From contig NC_020409.1 in NCBI RefSeq assembly GCF_000341895.1, positions 2,070,001 to 2,102,000 of the forward strand: DNA of 32,000 bases, given 5' to 3'. Shown here in pieces: positions 1 through 7,854 of the stretch. The position numbers were made by a program, and so were the translations under genes. The notes under the pieces were generated by a model that was not told where the DNA came from, searched no databases, and saw nothing but the letters and a program-made list of their open reading frames with translations. Position 1 is the stretch's first letter; every line of letters begins with the position of its first letter. This stretch comes from Pseudodesulfovibrio piezophilus C1TLV30 (GTDB taxonomy: Bacteria > Desulfobacterota > Desulfovibrionia > Desulfovibrionales > Desulfovibrionaceae).

Positions 1-1075
1 CAACGGTTTACTCGGTATGCTCCAAATCCTTCAACTCACCAAGTTAAAAGGAGAACAACAAGATTATCTGAACACGGCCCTTGACTCGGGACGCAATCTG
101 CTTCAGGTCCTCAACGATATCCTCGATCTCACAAAAATCGAATCAGGCAAACTCGACTTCGAAGAATACGACATGGAACTCGGTGAAGTCTTGAATTCCG
201 TTGTTCAGGTTTTTCGCCACATGGCAGAACAACGCGGCGTGAGCATGACCTGGGAAATCGACGAGACACTACAACGACATTTTTCTGCCGACAAAGGACG
301 ACTACGCCAGATTCTTTTCAATCTGGTGGGGAATGCCGTCAAGTTCACGGAATCCGGCTCGGTCACGGTCAAGGCCTACCCTCTGTCCACAGTCTTTGAT
401 GACGGCAGAACACAACTCTATTTCTCTGTTGCCGACACCGGCATAGGCATCCCGGACGACAAAATAGACCAGATTTTCGACCCTTTTACTCAAGTGGACG
501 GATCTTTTTCACGGAAATATCAGGGAACAGGCCTCGGTCTCGGCATCGTGCATCGCCTGGTGACACTGATGGGCGGCAGCATCGCCGTCAGCAGCCAACT
601 GGGCAAAGGCACAACTATCATCTTTACCATTATGGTCGGCAGCCAGCAGCTCCCGCACCACTCCCAACCTCCTCTTACCGAAATCGAAAGCCGACCTCTG
701 TCCATTCTTCTGGCCGAGGACGAACACGTCAACCGCCTCGTCGCCAAACGCCTGCTGAGCAAACTGGGGCACACCGTGACCACTGTCGAAAATGGTGAGG
801 ATGCCATAGCCCTGCTGGGCGAGCGTTCCTTTGACCTGCTCCTGTCCGATATTCAAATGCCGGGGATGGATGGCATGGAAACAACCCGTATCATTCGCAA
901 CAAACTCAAACTCGACATCCCGGTCATCGCCCTGACCGCCCACGCCATGAAGGGAGACCGAGGCCGGTTTATCAAAGCAGGCATGGATGGATACATTGCC
1001 AAGCCATTTGAGCTGACTGAATTAAAAGAAGAATTGGTTCGCGTCATGAACCTCAGACACACTGAGAAACACTGA
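1..1075 (+). CDS. Hybrid sensor histidine kinase / response regulator, C-terminal part (5' end outside window)
   Basis: The frame is open from base 2 (NGLLGMLQIL..., the tail of a HisKA dimerisation helix). HATPase_c motifs are present (NLVGNAVKFT; DTGIGIP; GTGLGLGIV). A receiver domain follows (ILLAEDEHVN...DLLLSDIQMPGMDG...ALTAHAMKGD...KP). Stop at 1073-1075. Confidence 0.9.
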   Translation, partial: NGLLGMLQILQLTKLKGEQQDYLNTALDSGRNLLQVLNDILDLTKIESGKLDFEEYDMELGEVLNSVVQVFRHMAEQRGVSMTWEIDETLQRHFSADKGRLRQILFNLVGNAVKFTESGSVTVKAYPLSTVFDDGRTQLYFSVADTGIGIPDDKIDQIFDPFTQVDGSFSRKYQGTGLGLGIVHRLVTLMGGSIAVSSQLGKGTTIIFTIMVGSQQLPHHSQPPLTEIESRPLSILLAEDEHVNRLVAKRLLSKLGHTVTTVENGEDAIALLGERSFDLLLSDIQMPGMDGMETTRIIRNKLKLDIPVIALTAHAMKGDRGRFIKAGMDGYIAKPFELTELKEELVRVMNLRHTEKH

Positions 1076-1088
1076 CTCGAAAGGAATG

Positions 1089-2138
1089 CTAGGAAATGAA
1101 AAGGGGCGTATCCCCGTCACCACAGGCGCGGGCAGTCCCGATATGCGCCGCCAAGTCTCCCGCTTCAAGCAGCATGGACCGGGCATCAGCCAGCTTCTCA
1201 GGAGGAACGGAAAGAATCAACCCACCCGAAGTTTGCGCATCGAACATCAAATCGAAATGAATGGGATCAAGCCCATGAGTGAGCGTCGTCTTGGGTTTGT
1301 AGTAGTCCCGGTTGCAGATTGACCCGGCAGGCAGCATTCCCATACCCGCCAGCTCAAGCGCGTGCTCGATAAGCGGCACGGCATTCATCTCAAGCTCGAT
1401 GGAGACCCCGCTGGCCTCTGCCAGTTCGATGAGATGCCCACCCAAGCCGAAGCCGGTGATATCCGTGGCTCCCAGCAGACCCAATTCACGAATCACGTCA
1501 CCTCCGGCCCTGTTGAGCCGACCGCACACACGAAAAAGTATTTCTTCCATGGCATCCGCGCCGGGCATCTCGCCCTTGACCGCTGTTGCCAGCACCCCCG
1601 TACCGATGGGTTTTGTCAGAAGCAGTGCATCACCAGGCCGCACTCCGCGGTTAGAGGCAAACCCATCAGGCTCGACCAACCCGGTGACTGATAATCCGTA
1701 TTTAAGCTCCTCGTCCTCGACACTGTGCCCCCCTGAAGGGACGGCTCCAGCCTCTTCCACGGCATCCTTGCCACCACGCAGGATGTCGGTCAGGACCTGG
1801 CCGGACATCGTCTTGATCGGGAAACAGACAATATTCATGGTCGACCACGGCGTGCCGCCCATGGCGTAGACATCGGAGAGGGAGTTGGCAGCGGCGATTC
1901 TGCCGAACCGATAGGGATCATTGACGATAGGCGTAAAGAAATCAACAGTCTGGACCAATGCCTTGCCAGCGGGAAAAGACAAAACCACAGCGTCCTCGTT
2001 ATCGCCCGGTCCCCCGGCCAATACGCGGTTGTCTTTTCGGACATGAACGCCCGACAGTGCCTTCTCCAGGTCCCCCGGAGCAATCTTGGCGGCTCAACCA
2101 GCCGCTTTGACTGTGCTCACGAGCTTCAGCTTCGTCAT
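1089..2138 (-). CDS. selD: Selenide, water dikinase (selenophosphate synthetase) SelD, selenocysteine-containing; in-frame UGA at 2096..2094
   Basis: The 310-aa track ORF (1089..2021) is clearly SelD/AIR-synthase-like (DFFTPIVNDPYRFGRIAAANSLSDVYAMGG...). Reading upstream in the same frame gives ATG at 2138 with AAGGAGG at 2149..2143, then MTKLKLVSTVKAAG, then TGA, then AAKIAPGDLEKAL... with no other stop. The G-U-A-A-K segment aligns with the G-C-G-C-K catalytic loop of E. coli SelD. Confidence 0.88.
2064..2096 (-). promoter_or_regulatory. Sec-UGA codon plus candidate SECIS hairpin in selD mRNA
   Basis: The mRNA reads UGA GCC GCC AAG AUU G then CUCCGG(G)-loop-(C)CUGGAG. This is a 6-7 bp G/C-rich stem starting 13 nt after the UGA with a G-rich apical loop. 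A possible GCC/GGC lower stem flanks it. The spacing is typical of bacterial SECIS elements. Confidence 0.55.
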
Positions 2139-2308
2139 ACAACCTCCTTGAATTTGATTCGTCCTACCAAAGTGCAGAATGAAAGCAAAGGACAACCGGG
2201 GCACCACCGTCCCACAGCTCGAAAAACTCCTGACAACAATTCAGATTGCCAGAGCTCTCCCACTTCCACCAACAGCCCGTCCCTGCCTCATCTGCACATC
2301 AGAGGCAT

Positions 2309-3070
2309 TTATGCCAATCGTTTGGCGAATTCAGAAACAAGTATGGCCCCGGCCTGCGCCACATTCAGCGAGTCGAAATCACGCAGAAAAGGCACATGAA
2401 GATTATGGTGACAATATTTTGCCACGCCGGGACGTATGCCTTTTTCTTCATTACCGAGAACCAAGACGGCCGGAGTCTCCAATTCTGCCGTATAAATATC
2501 CATAGAATCCCCACCCATGCGAGCACCATAGACGGTAAAGTCGTAGTTGACGCAATCTTTCATGGCATTGGCGAGATTGCCGACCTTGGCCACCGGGAGC
2601 TTGTTGAGCGCCCCTGCGCTGGATCGAACTGCACCGGAGCCAAGATACGCGCCATGATGCTGGCAGACAACAAGTCCAGCCCCTCCGAGGGCATAAAGTG
2701 TCCGGGCCAGAACTCCCACATTGCCGGTGTCCTGCACCTGATCGAGAATGACGATAAGAGGAAGAGGAGCCTCGGAAGCGGTTTCAAGCAGTTCATCAAG
2801 AGGAGTGTAGGACAATGCCGCGCACCGAGCCGCAATCCCCTGATGGTTGCCCCTGTACATAAAATCCAAATCCTTGGCAGAAACGGATTTGAATGGCACA
2901 TTGTGCGCCCGGCACAGTTCGAAAACCTCATCGAGCTGCTTGTCATGGCGCCCTTTTCGGAACGCCACAAAATCGACTCGAGCAGGATCATCCCTAAGCA
3001 ATTCTACGACAGGCTTGTTTCCAACTACGTAAATTTTTGTATTTTTTTTATCGGGGCCGCTATTTTGCAT
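2309..3070 (-). CDS. SpoU/TrmH-family RNA 2'-O-methyltransferase (RlmB-like 23S rRNA Gm methyltransferase)
   Basis: 253 aa. An N-terminal SpoU substrate-binding-like region precedes SPOUT motifs (LDQVQDTGNVGVLARTLYALG; VLVLGNEEKGIRP; PFLRDFDSLNVAQAGAILVSE). GGAG lies upstream of the ATG at 3070. Confidence 0.85.
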   Translation of the reverse strand: MQNSGPDKKNTKIYVVGNKPVVELLRDDPARVDFVAFRKGRHDKQLDEVFELCRAHNVPFKSVSAKDLDFMYRGNHQGIAARCAALSYTPLDELLETASEAPLPLIVILDQVQDTGNVGVLARTLYALGGAGLVVCQHHGAYLGSGAVRSSAGALNKLPVAKVGNLANAMKDCVNYDFTVYGARMGGDSMDIYTAELETPAVLVLGNEEKGIRPGVAKYCHHNLHVPFLRDFDSLNVAQAGAILVSEFAKRLA

Positions 3071-3278
3071 TTATTTTCTCCATGTCAGGACGCGCGGAAA
3101 GAGATTGCACATACTTGCGCTCCGCTCGGCGACTATGTAGGGGGTTTAACCCGCTATTGCAATCCCGCGCAAGGTGGGATAGCAGTGTGACACCTGACAT
3201 TCGGACAATTAAGACTTTTTCTAGACTTCCCACGTGCGTTTTTATCTGATAACGACTCACCAGAAGCCGGAGGAAAAT

Positions 3279-4880
3279 TTGGAAATATTCAAATCGATAC
3301 GCCTGCTCTTTCTCTCCATACTGATTGGTGTGGTTGTGGCAGGCTGTGCCCCAAGAAACCCGGAAGATGCCACGGTCGCTGAAGTCGAAGCCCTGGAAGT
3401 GCCGGTTGATGCTGAGCCACTTGACCCGGAAGTCGAAGCCACACCTGATGTGGAAGGCTCCCTGACTGAAACGGAGCAAGCTGTTCTGAATGCCCGCTTC
3501 GGTCTGCTCTTCGACCTTGAGCAACATCAGACCAAGGAAGTCGAACAGTACTTCAATTACTTCACGCATAAAGCGCGCAAGACCATGGCTCGCTGGCTGG
3601 AACGTTCCCAGCCGTATCTGCCGTATGTCCGCCGCGTCTTTACCAAATACGGCCTGCCTCAGGATCTCGTCCTGCTTCCCTTCGTGGAATCCGGCTACAA
3701 TGTCCGGGCGTATTCATGGGCCGGGGCCGGTGGCATGTGGCAATTCATGCGCGGCACCGGACGTCTCTATGATCTCAAATCCGACTGGTGGATTGATGAG
3801 CGACGCGACCCTTACAAATCAACAGACGCGGCTGCCCGCCACCTCCGCGATCTCTATGACCGCTTCGGAGACTGGTATCTCGCGCTGGCCGCTTACAACG
3901 CAGGCGAGGGCAAGATTTCCCGCGCATTGAAACAGGCCAATTGCAATGATTTCTTTGAACTGACCCAACGCAACAGAAAACTTTCCCGAAGGGTCCGCCT
4001 CAAGACCGAAACCCGCCATTACGTCCCGAAATTCATCGCCATATCAAAGATTTTCCAAAACCTGGACACCCTCGGTTTCAAACCGGTCTCATGGGAATTG
4101 GAAGAAGAGGTCGCCACGATCAAGGTTCCCGGCGGAACCGATCTGCTGGCACTCGCCAGAGCCGGTGGCATGACATGGAGTGAATTCCACAACTACAACC
4201 CGTCCTTCCGCCGTCAGGTCAGTCCGCCGTACATGGATGCGACCGCGTACCTGCCGGTGACCAAAGCGGACAAAATGATTGCCTATCTGGCAGATCCCGG
4301 CTCCAGACCCTATGCCGGGTATAATCGACACCGCGTCCGTTCCGGTGAATCATGGTGGATCATTTCCCGTCGATACGGCGTCCCCATCTCTGTCCTGAAA
4401 AAAGTCAACAACACCCGGTCCAATACCCTTCATCCCGGCCAGTTCGTCATGGTGCCGGGAAGTGGCTCCAGCCGGGCAGTAGCCAAGTCCAGACCGGCTT
4501 CAGGGTCCAAAACCCGTGCCATCGCAGCCCAACGTGGCAATTACGTCGTTCGCAATGGTGACACCCTCTGGTCCATTTCCAAAAAATTCGGCACCACGGT
4601 CAACACCATCAAACGCTCGAACGGCCTACGCAGCAGCCGTCTGAAAATCGGACAAAAACTCTACATTCCCAACAACTCCAATGTCGCGACCAAGCAGGCC
4701 GCCAAGGATGCAGGGAAAGTCAAGACACAACTCGTCCGCTACAAAGTCCGCCGTGGTGACAACCTCTGGTCCATAGCCCGCCGGTTCGGCGTCAGTGTCT
4801 CGGACCTGCGCAAGTGGAATACCCTCAGCGCCAAAGGCACCATTTATGCCGGGCAACGGCTGAAGGTCTACGTCCGATAA
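3279..4880 (+). CDS. Membrane-bound lytic murein transglycosylase D-like lipoprotein (SLT domain + 3 LysM domains)
   Basis: The SLT catalytic region is present (LPFVESGYNVRAYSWAGAGGMWQFM...AAYNAGEGKISRA). Three LysM repeats follow (HRVRSGESWWIISRRYG..., YVVRNGDTLWSISKKFG..., YKVRRGDNLWSIARRFG...). The start is uncertain. TTG at 3279 has GGAGGA upstream and gives a lipoprotein signal (EIFKSIRLLFLSILIGVVVAG|C). The ORF is also open from GTG at 3234, which has no RBS. Confidence 0.85.
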   Translation: MEIFKSIRLLFLSILIGVVVAGCAPRNPEDATVAEVEALEVPVDAEPLDPEVEATPDVEGSLTETEQAVLNARFGLLFDLEQHQTKEVEQYFNYFTHKARKTMARWLERSQPYLPYVRRVFTKYGLPQDLVLLPFVESGYNVRAYSWAGAGGMWQFMRGTGRLYDLKSDWWIDERRDPYKSTDAAARHLRDLYDRFGDWYLALAAYNAGEGKISRALKQANCNDFFELTQRNRKLSRRVRLKTETRHYVPKFIAISKIFQNLDTLGFKPVSWELEEEVATIKVPGGTDLLALARAGGMTWSEFHNYNPSFRRQVSPPYMDATAYLPVTKADKMIAYLADPGSRPYAGYNRHRVRSGESWWIISRRYGVPISVLKKVNNTRSNTLHPGQFVMVPGSGSSRAVAKSRPASGSKTRAIAAQRGNYVVRNGDTLWSISKKFGTTVNTIKRSNGLRSSRLKIGQKLYIPNNSNVATKQAAKDAGKVKTQLVRYKVRRGDNLWSIARRFGVSVSDLRKWNTLSAKGTIYAGQRLKVYVR

Positions 4881-4904
4881 CAACGCATCAAAATTGCTCT
4901 TTGA

Positions 4905-4936
4905 GTCCCGTTTGCTCCGGCAGACGGGACTTTTTT
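4905..4936 (+). terminator. Rho-independent terminator after the LysM transglycosylase gene
   Basis: GTCCCGT (4905-4911), a 12-nt loop, ACGGGAC (4924-4930), then TTTTTT (4931-4936). Confidence 0.75.
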
Positions 4937-4985
4937 CATGATCTACGAAAGGCCGGGCAAGGAAATATTCGCCTTGGCATCAAAT

Positions 4986-5016
4986 TTGATTTATTGAGAG
5001 ACCATGGCAATATATT
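4986..5016 (+). promoter_or_regulatory. Candidate sigma70-type promoter for the UGM-like gene
   Basis: TTGATT at 4986-4991 is followed 17-19 nt later by an AATATATT block (4 nt longer than a hexamer, 5009-5016). It lies between the upstream terminator and the GTG start at 5048. This is sequence resemblance only. Confidence 0.3.
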
Positions 5017-5047
5017 CCCCCCGGAAGACAAACATAAGGATGCACCC

Positions 5048-6409
5048 GTGAAGACACAGTATCTGATCATCGGCGCAGGGCCTACGGGCCTGGGCGCAGC
5101 CAACCGTTTCAAAGAACTCGGCATGGACGATTATCTCATCCTGGAACGCAATGACTACGCAGGCGGACTGGCCACCAGTTTCAAGGATGACAATGGCTTC
5201 ACCTGGGACATCGGCGGTCATGTCGTCTTTTCACACTATGAGTATTTTGACGACCTGATGAATTCCCTGCTGGGTGACGAACGGTTGGAGCACGAGCGCG
5301 AGTCATGGGTCCGCACCTCAGGCACCTGGGTTCCCTACCCTTTTCAGAACAATATCCGTTATCTTCCCCCCGAAGCCCGTTGGGACTGCGTCCAGGGACT
5401 GCTCCCCGGCAACAGGCCGGAACAGCCCCCCACCAATTTCGGCGAATGGATCACTCATATCTTCGGGGAAGGTATCGCCAGACATTTCATGAATCCCTAC
5501 AATTTCAAGGTCTGGGCCACCCCACCGGAACTGATGCAGTTCAACTGGATAGGGGAACGGGTCAGCGTGGTGGACCTCAAGATGGTGCTCAAGAACATCA
5601 TCATGGAACGGGACGATATAGCATGGGGACCAAACAACACTTTCAAATTTCCACTCAAAGGTGGAACCGGGGAAATTTTTCACCGACTGGGCGACAGGCT
5701 GAAGGACCGGATCGAATTCGGACAGTCCGTTGTCTCCATCGATCCCGATGCCAAGGTCGTGACAACAGACAAGGGCACCAAAATAGAATATGAAACGCTT
5801 CTCAACACCGGGCCTCTCGACACCTTGGCCAGCCAATGGCTCACGGATCGGGATACCGCCATGGGGGATGCCGCTAAAGATCTGGTCCACAACTCAGTCC
5901 TTGTGGCCGGAGTGGGCCTGGATATCAAGGACGAGTCCGACCGTAATTCACGGTGCTGGATGTACTACCCGGAAGCAGATTCCCCCTTCTACCGAGTGAC
6001 CAATTTCCACAACTATTCCCCGAATAATGTTGCACGCCCAGGTGAACAGCTCGCATTCATGTGTGAATCATCCTTTTCCGACCACAAGCCGGAAAAGGTG
6101 GACGAACTCATGGACCGGACCATAGCGGGTCTGGTAAACACCACCATGCTGGATGCATCCAGAGTGGACGACATCTGCACCAAATGGGAGCTGGCCGTGG
6201 ATTACGGCTACCCTGTCCCGACCCTTGGGCGAGATAATGCCCTGCGCGCCATTCAACCCAGACTGGAAGCAAAGGATATATATTCACGCGGCCGGTTCGG
6301 AGGCTGGAAATATGAAGTCTCCAACATGGATCACTCTGTCATGCAGGGTGTGGAATGGGCCGAGCGCATGGTGAAGGGGACTCCCGAATCAACCTACAGC
6401 TGGGAATAG
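5048..6409 (+). CDS. FAD-dependent UDP-galactopyranose mutase-like flavoprotein (eukaryote-type UGM architecture)
   Basis: It has a Rossmann GxGxxG motif (LIIGAGPTGLGAA). A series of motifs matches what I recall from fungal/kinetoplastid UGMs: GGHVVFSHYEYFDD, WVPYPFQNNIRYLP, FMNPYNFKVWATPP, WGPNNTFKFPLKGGTG, CWMYYPE..PFYRVTNFHNYSP, YGYPVP, SRGRFGGWKYEVSNMDHS. The start is placed at GTG 5048 (AAGGA 7 nt upstream) because the longer ORF from 4814 overlaps the previous gene and its terminator. Confidence 0.75.
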   Translation: MKTQYLIIGAGPTGLGAANRFKELGMDDYLILERNDYAGGLATSFKDDNGFTWDIGGHVVFSHYEYFDDLMNSLLGDERLEHERESWVRTSGTWVPYPFQNNIRYLPPEARWDCVQGLLPGNRPEQPPTNFGEWITHIFGEGIARHFMNPYNFKVWATPPELMQFNWIGERVSVVDLKMVLKNIIMERDDIAWGPNNTFKFPLKGGTGEIFHRLGDRLKDRIEFGQSVVSIDPDAKVVTTDKGTKIEYETLLNTGPLDTLASQWLTDRDTAMGDAAKDLVHNSVLVAGVGLDIKDESDRNSRCWMYYPEADSPFYRVTNFHNYSPNNVARPGEQLAFMCESSFSDHKPEKVDELMDRTIAGLVNTTMLDASRVDDICTKWELAVDYGYPVPTLGRDNALRAIQPRLEAKDIYSRGRFGGWKYEVSNMDHSVMQGVEWAERMVKGTPESTYSWE

Positions 6410-6416
6410 AAAACCT

Positions 6417-7487
6417 ATGAGTACCTCTGTTTACGAGCAGCGCCGGGAGAATCTCAAACGTCTGTTGACCGAAAAGGAGATCCCCGCGCTTCTCATCTCG
6501 CACGCGGCCAACCGATACTATCTGAGCGGCTTCGAGCTGCACGACGCCCAATGCAACGAATCCAGCGGCTGGCTGGTAGTCACCGCCGATGGCGGAGACT
6601 CCCTCTTCACCGATTCCCGCTATGAAGATGCAGCCAAGCAGGTCTGGAATGAAAAAGACCTCTTCATCTATTCGGCCAACAAATTCCAACTGGTGGCAGA
6701 GACCCTTCGCAGCAAAGGGATTTCAACCCTCGGCATCGAGCCAAAGGCTCTCCACCTCTTTGATTACGATAAACTGAACTCCCAGTTTTCCCTCCTGTCC
6801 ACAGACAATGTGGTTGAGGAACTGCGTGTTATCAAGGACGCCGATGAAATTCGGCGTATGGATGCTTCCATTGCCCTTAACCACGAGTTGTTCGACCATA
6901 TCGGTAATTTCCTCGAACCGGGACAGACCGAAGAACAGATTGCCTGGGAAGTGGAAAAATACTTCCGTGAACACGGAGCCGAGGAATTGGCCTTCTCCAC
7001 CATTGTCGGAGTCGGCCCCAACGCGGCTTTACCCCATGCCATACCCGGCAGGACCATGGTCCGCGACAATGACCTCGTGCTGATCGATACGGGCTGCCGA
7101 TTGGCAGAATACAATTCCGATCAGACCCGGACTTTCTGGGTTGGCGACACGCCTTCCGACCGGTTCAAGGAAACCATGGACCTGGTTCGTGCAGCGCAGC
7201 AGGCAGCCATCGACATCATCAAACCCGGCCTGACATTCCTGAGCGCATATGAAGCCGCTTACGCGGTCTTCGAAAACGCAGGAGTGGCACGAATGTTCAC
7301 CCATGGCCTCGGACACGGCATAGGGCTGGAAACCCATGAGCCACCAAGCTTGAGCAAAGCGGCCAAAGGCATTCTCAAACCAGGCATGGTCGTGACTGTC
7401 GAACCAGGCCTATACGACCCGCAATGGGGTGGTATCCGTTGGGAATACCAGGTACTCGTCACCGAAGATGGCTGCCGGGTCATGTGA
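6417..7487 (+). CDS. Xaa-Pro aminopeptidase / M24-family metallopeptidase
   Basis: 356 aa. A creatinase-like N-domain precedes the pita-bread fold with metal ligands in context (DLVLIDTG...YNSDQTRTF; HGLGHGIGLETHE; VTVEPGLY; WEYQVLVTEDG). Confidence 0.88.
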   Translation: MSTSVYEQRRENLKRLLTEKEIPALLISHAANRYYLSGFELHDAQCNESSGWLVVTADGGDSLFTDSRYEDAAKQVWNEKDLFIYSANKFQLVAETLRSKGISTLGIEPKALHLFDYDKLNSQFSLLSTDNVVEELRVIKDADEIRRMDASIALNHELFDHIGNFLEPGQTEEQIAWEVEKYFREHGAEELAFSTIVGVGPNAALPHAIPGRTMVRDNDLVLIDTGCRLAEYNSDQTRTFWVGDTPSDRFKETMDLVRAAQQAAIDIIKPGLTFLSAYEAAYAVFENAGVARMFTHGLGHGIGLETHEPPSLSKAAKGILKPGMVVTVEPGLYDPQWGGIRWEYQVLVTEDGCRVM

Positions 7488-7515
7488 CCCCATCCCATCG
7501 CATCCGAAACAAGAA

Positions 7516-7545
7516 AGGACCGCCCCATATGGAGCGGCCCTTTTT
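7516..7545. terminator. Bidirectional terminator-like hairpin between convergent genes
   Basis: GGACCGCCCCA-TA-TGGAGCGGCCC is an imperfect hairpin followed by TTTTT on the plus strand. It is T-rich on the minus strand too. It sits between the pepP-like stop (7487) and the lipoprotein stop (7567). Confidence 0.55.
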
Positions 7546-7566
7546 CGTTGGACGGTGCCGGGATCG

Positions 7567-7797
7567 TTACTCGCCGACTTTTTTCATCTGTTCCTTGGCA
7601 TCTTCAACGATTTGGTCAACCTTTTTCCCGGCCTCTTCAGCCGGACCTTCCGTATCCATGGCATCCTTGGCTTCTTCGACGGCATGGTCAACCTTCTTGC
7701 CAGCCTTTTCGGCCGGGCCTTCTTCGCTGCAACCAAATGCGGGAAGCATCATGGCGAGCAGACAACCAGTCAGAGCAATTTTGTTCCAGATTTTCAT
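7567..7797 (-). CDS. Small secreted lipoprotein with two tandem 22-aa charged repeats
   Basis: 76 aa. The signal peptide plus Cys is MKIWNKIALTGCLLAMMLPAFG|C. The mature part is EGPAEKAGKKVDHAVEEAKDAM followed by EGPAEEAGKKVDQIVEDAKEQM. Confidence 0.7.
   Translation of the reverse strand: MKIWNKIALTGCLLAMMLPAFGCSEEGPAEKAGKKVDHAVEEAKDAMDTEGPAEEAGKKVDQIVEDAKEQMKKVGE
7585..7722 (-). repeat. Internal tandem duplication (2 x about 66 nt, 72-nt period) encoding the repeated lipoprotein module
   Basis: The DNA-level repeat is visible (gtcaacctttttcccggcctcttcagccggaccttc versus gtcaaccttcttgccagccttttcggccgggccttc). Confidence 0.7.
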
Positions 7798-7854
7798 AAA
7801 TCTCCTTTGTGTTTAGTTCACTATGACACACTTTTCGATTTATAACCATCCCGG

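Noticed and set aside
4814-5047. The upstream extension of the UGM-like ORF (ATG 4814).
   Set aside because: It overlaps the 3' end of the LysM transglycosylase gene and runs through its terminator hairpin. The translated extension is Arg/Cys/His-rich junk. GTG 5048 has an RBS and places the GxGxxG motif at the expected N-terminal position.
7283-7298. TGGCAC-N5-TT sigma54-like strings, here and at about 2891 and 22541.
   Set aside because: All lie inside coding regions, the -12 element deviates from TTGC, and no downstream gene start fits.
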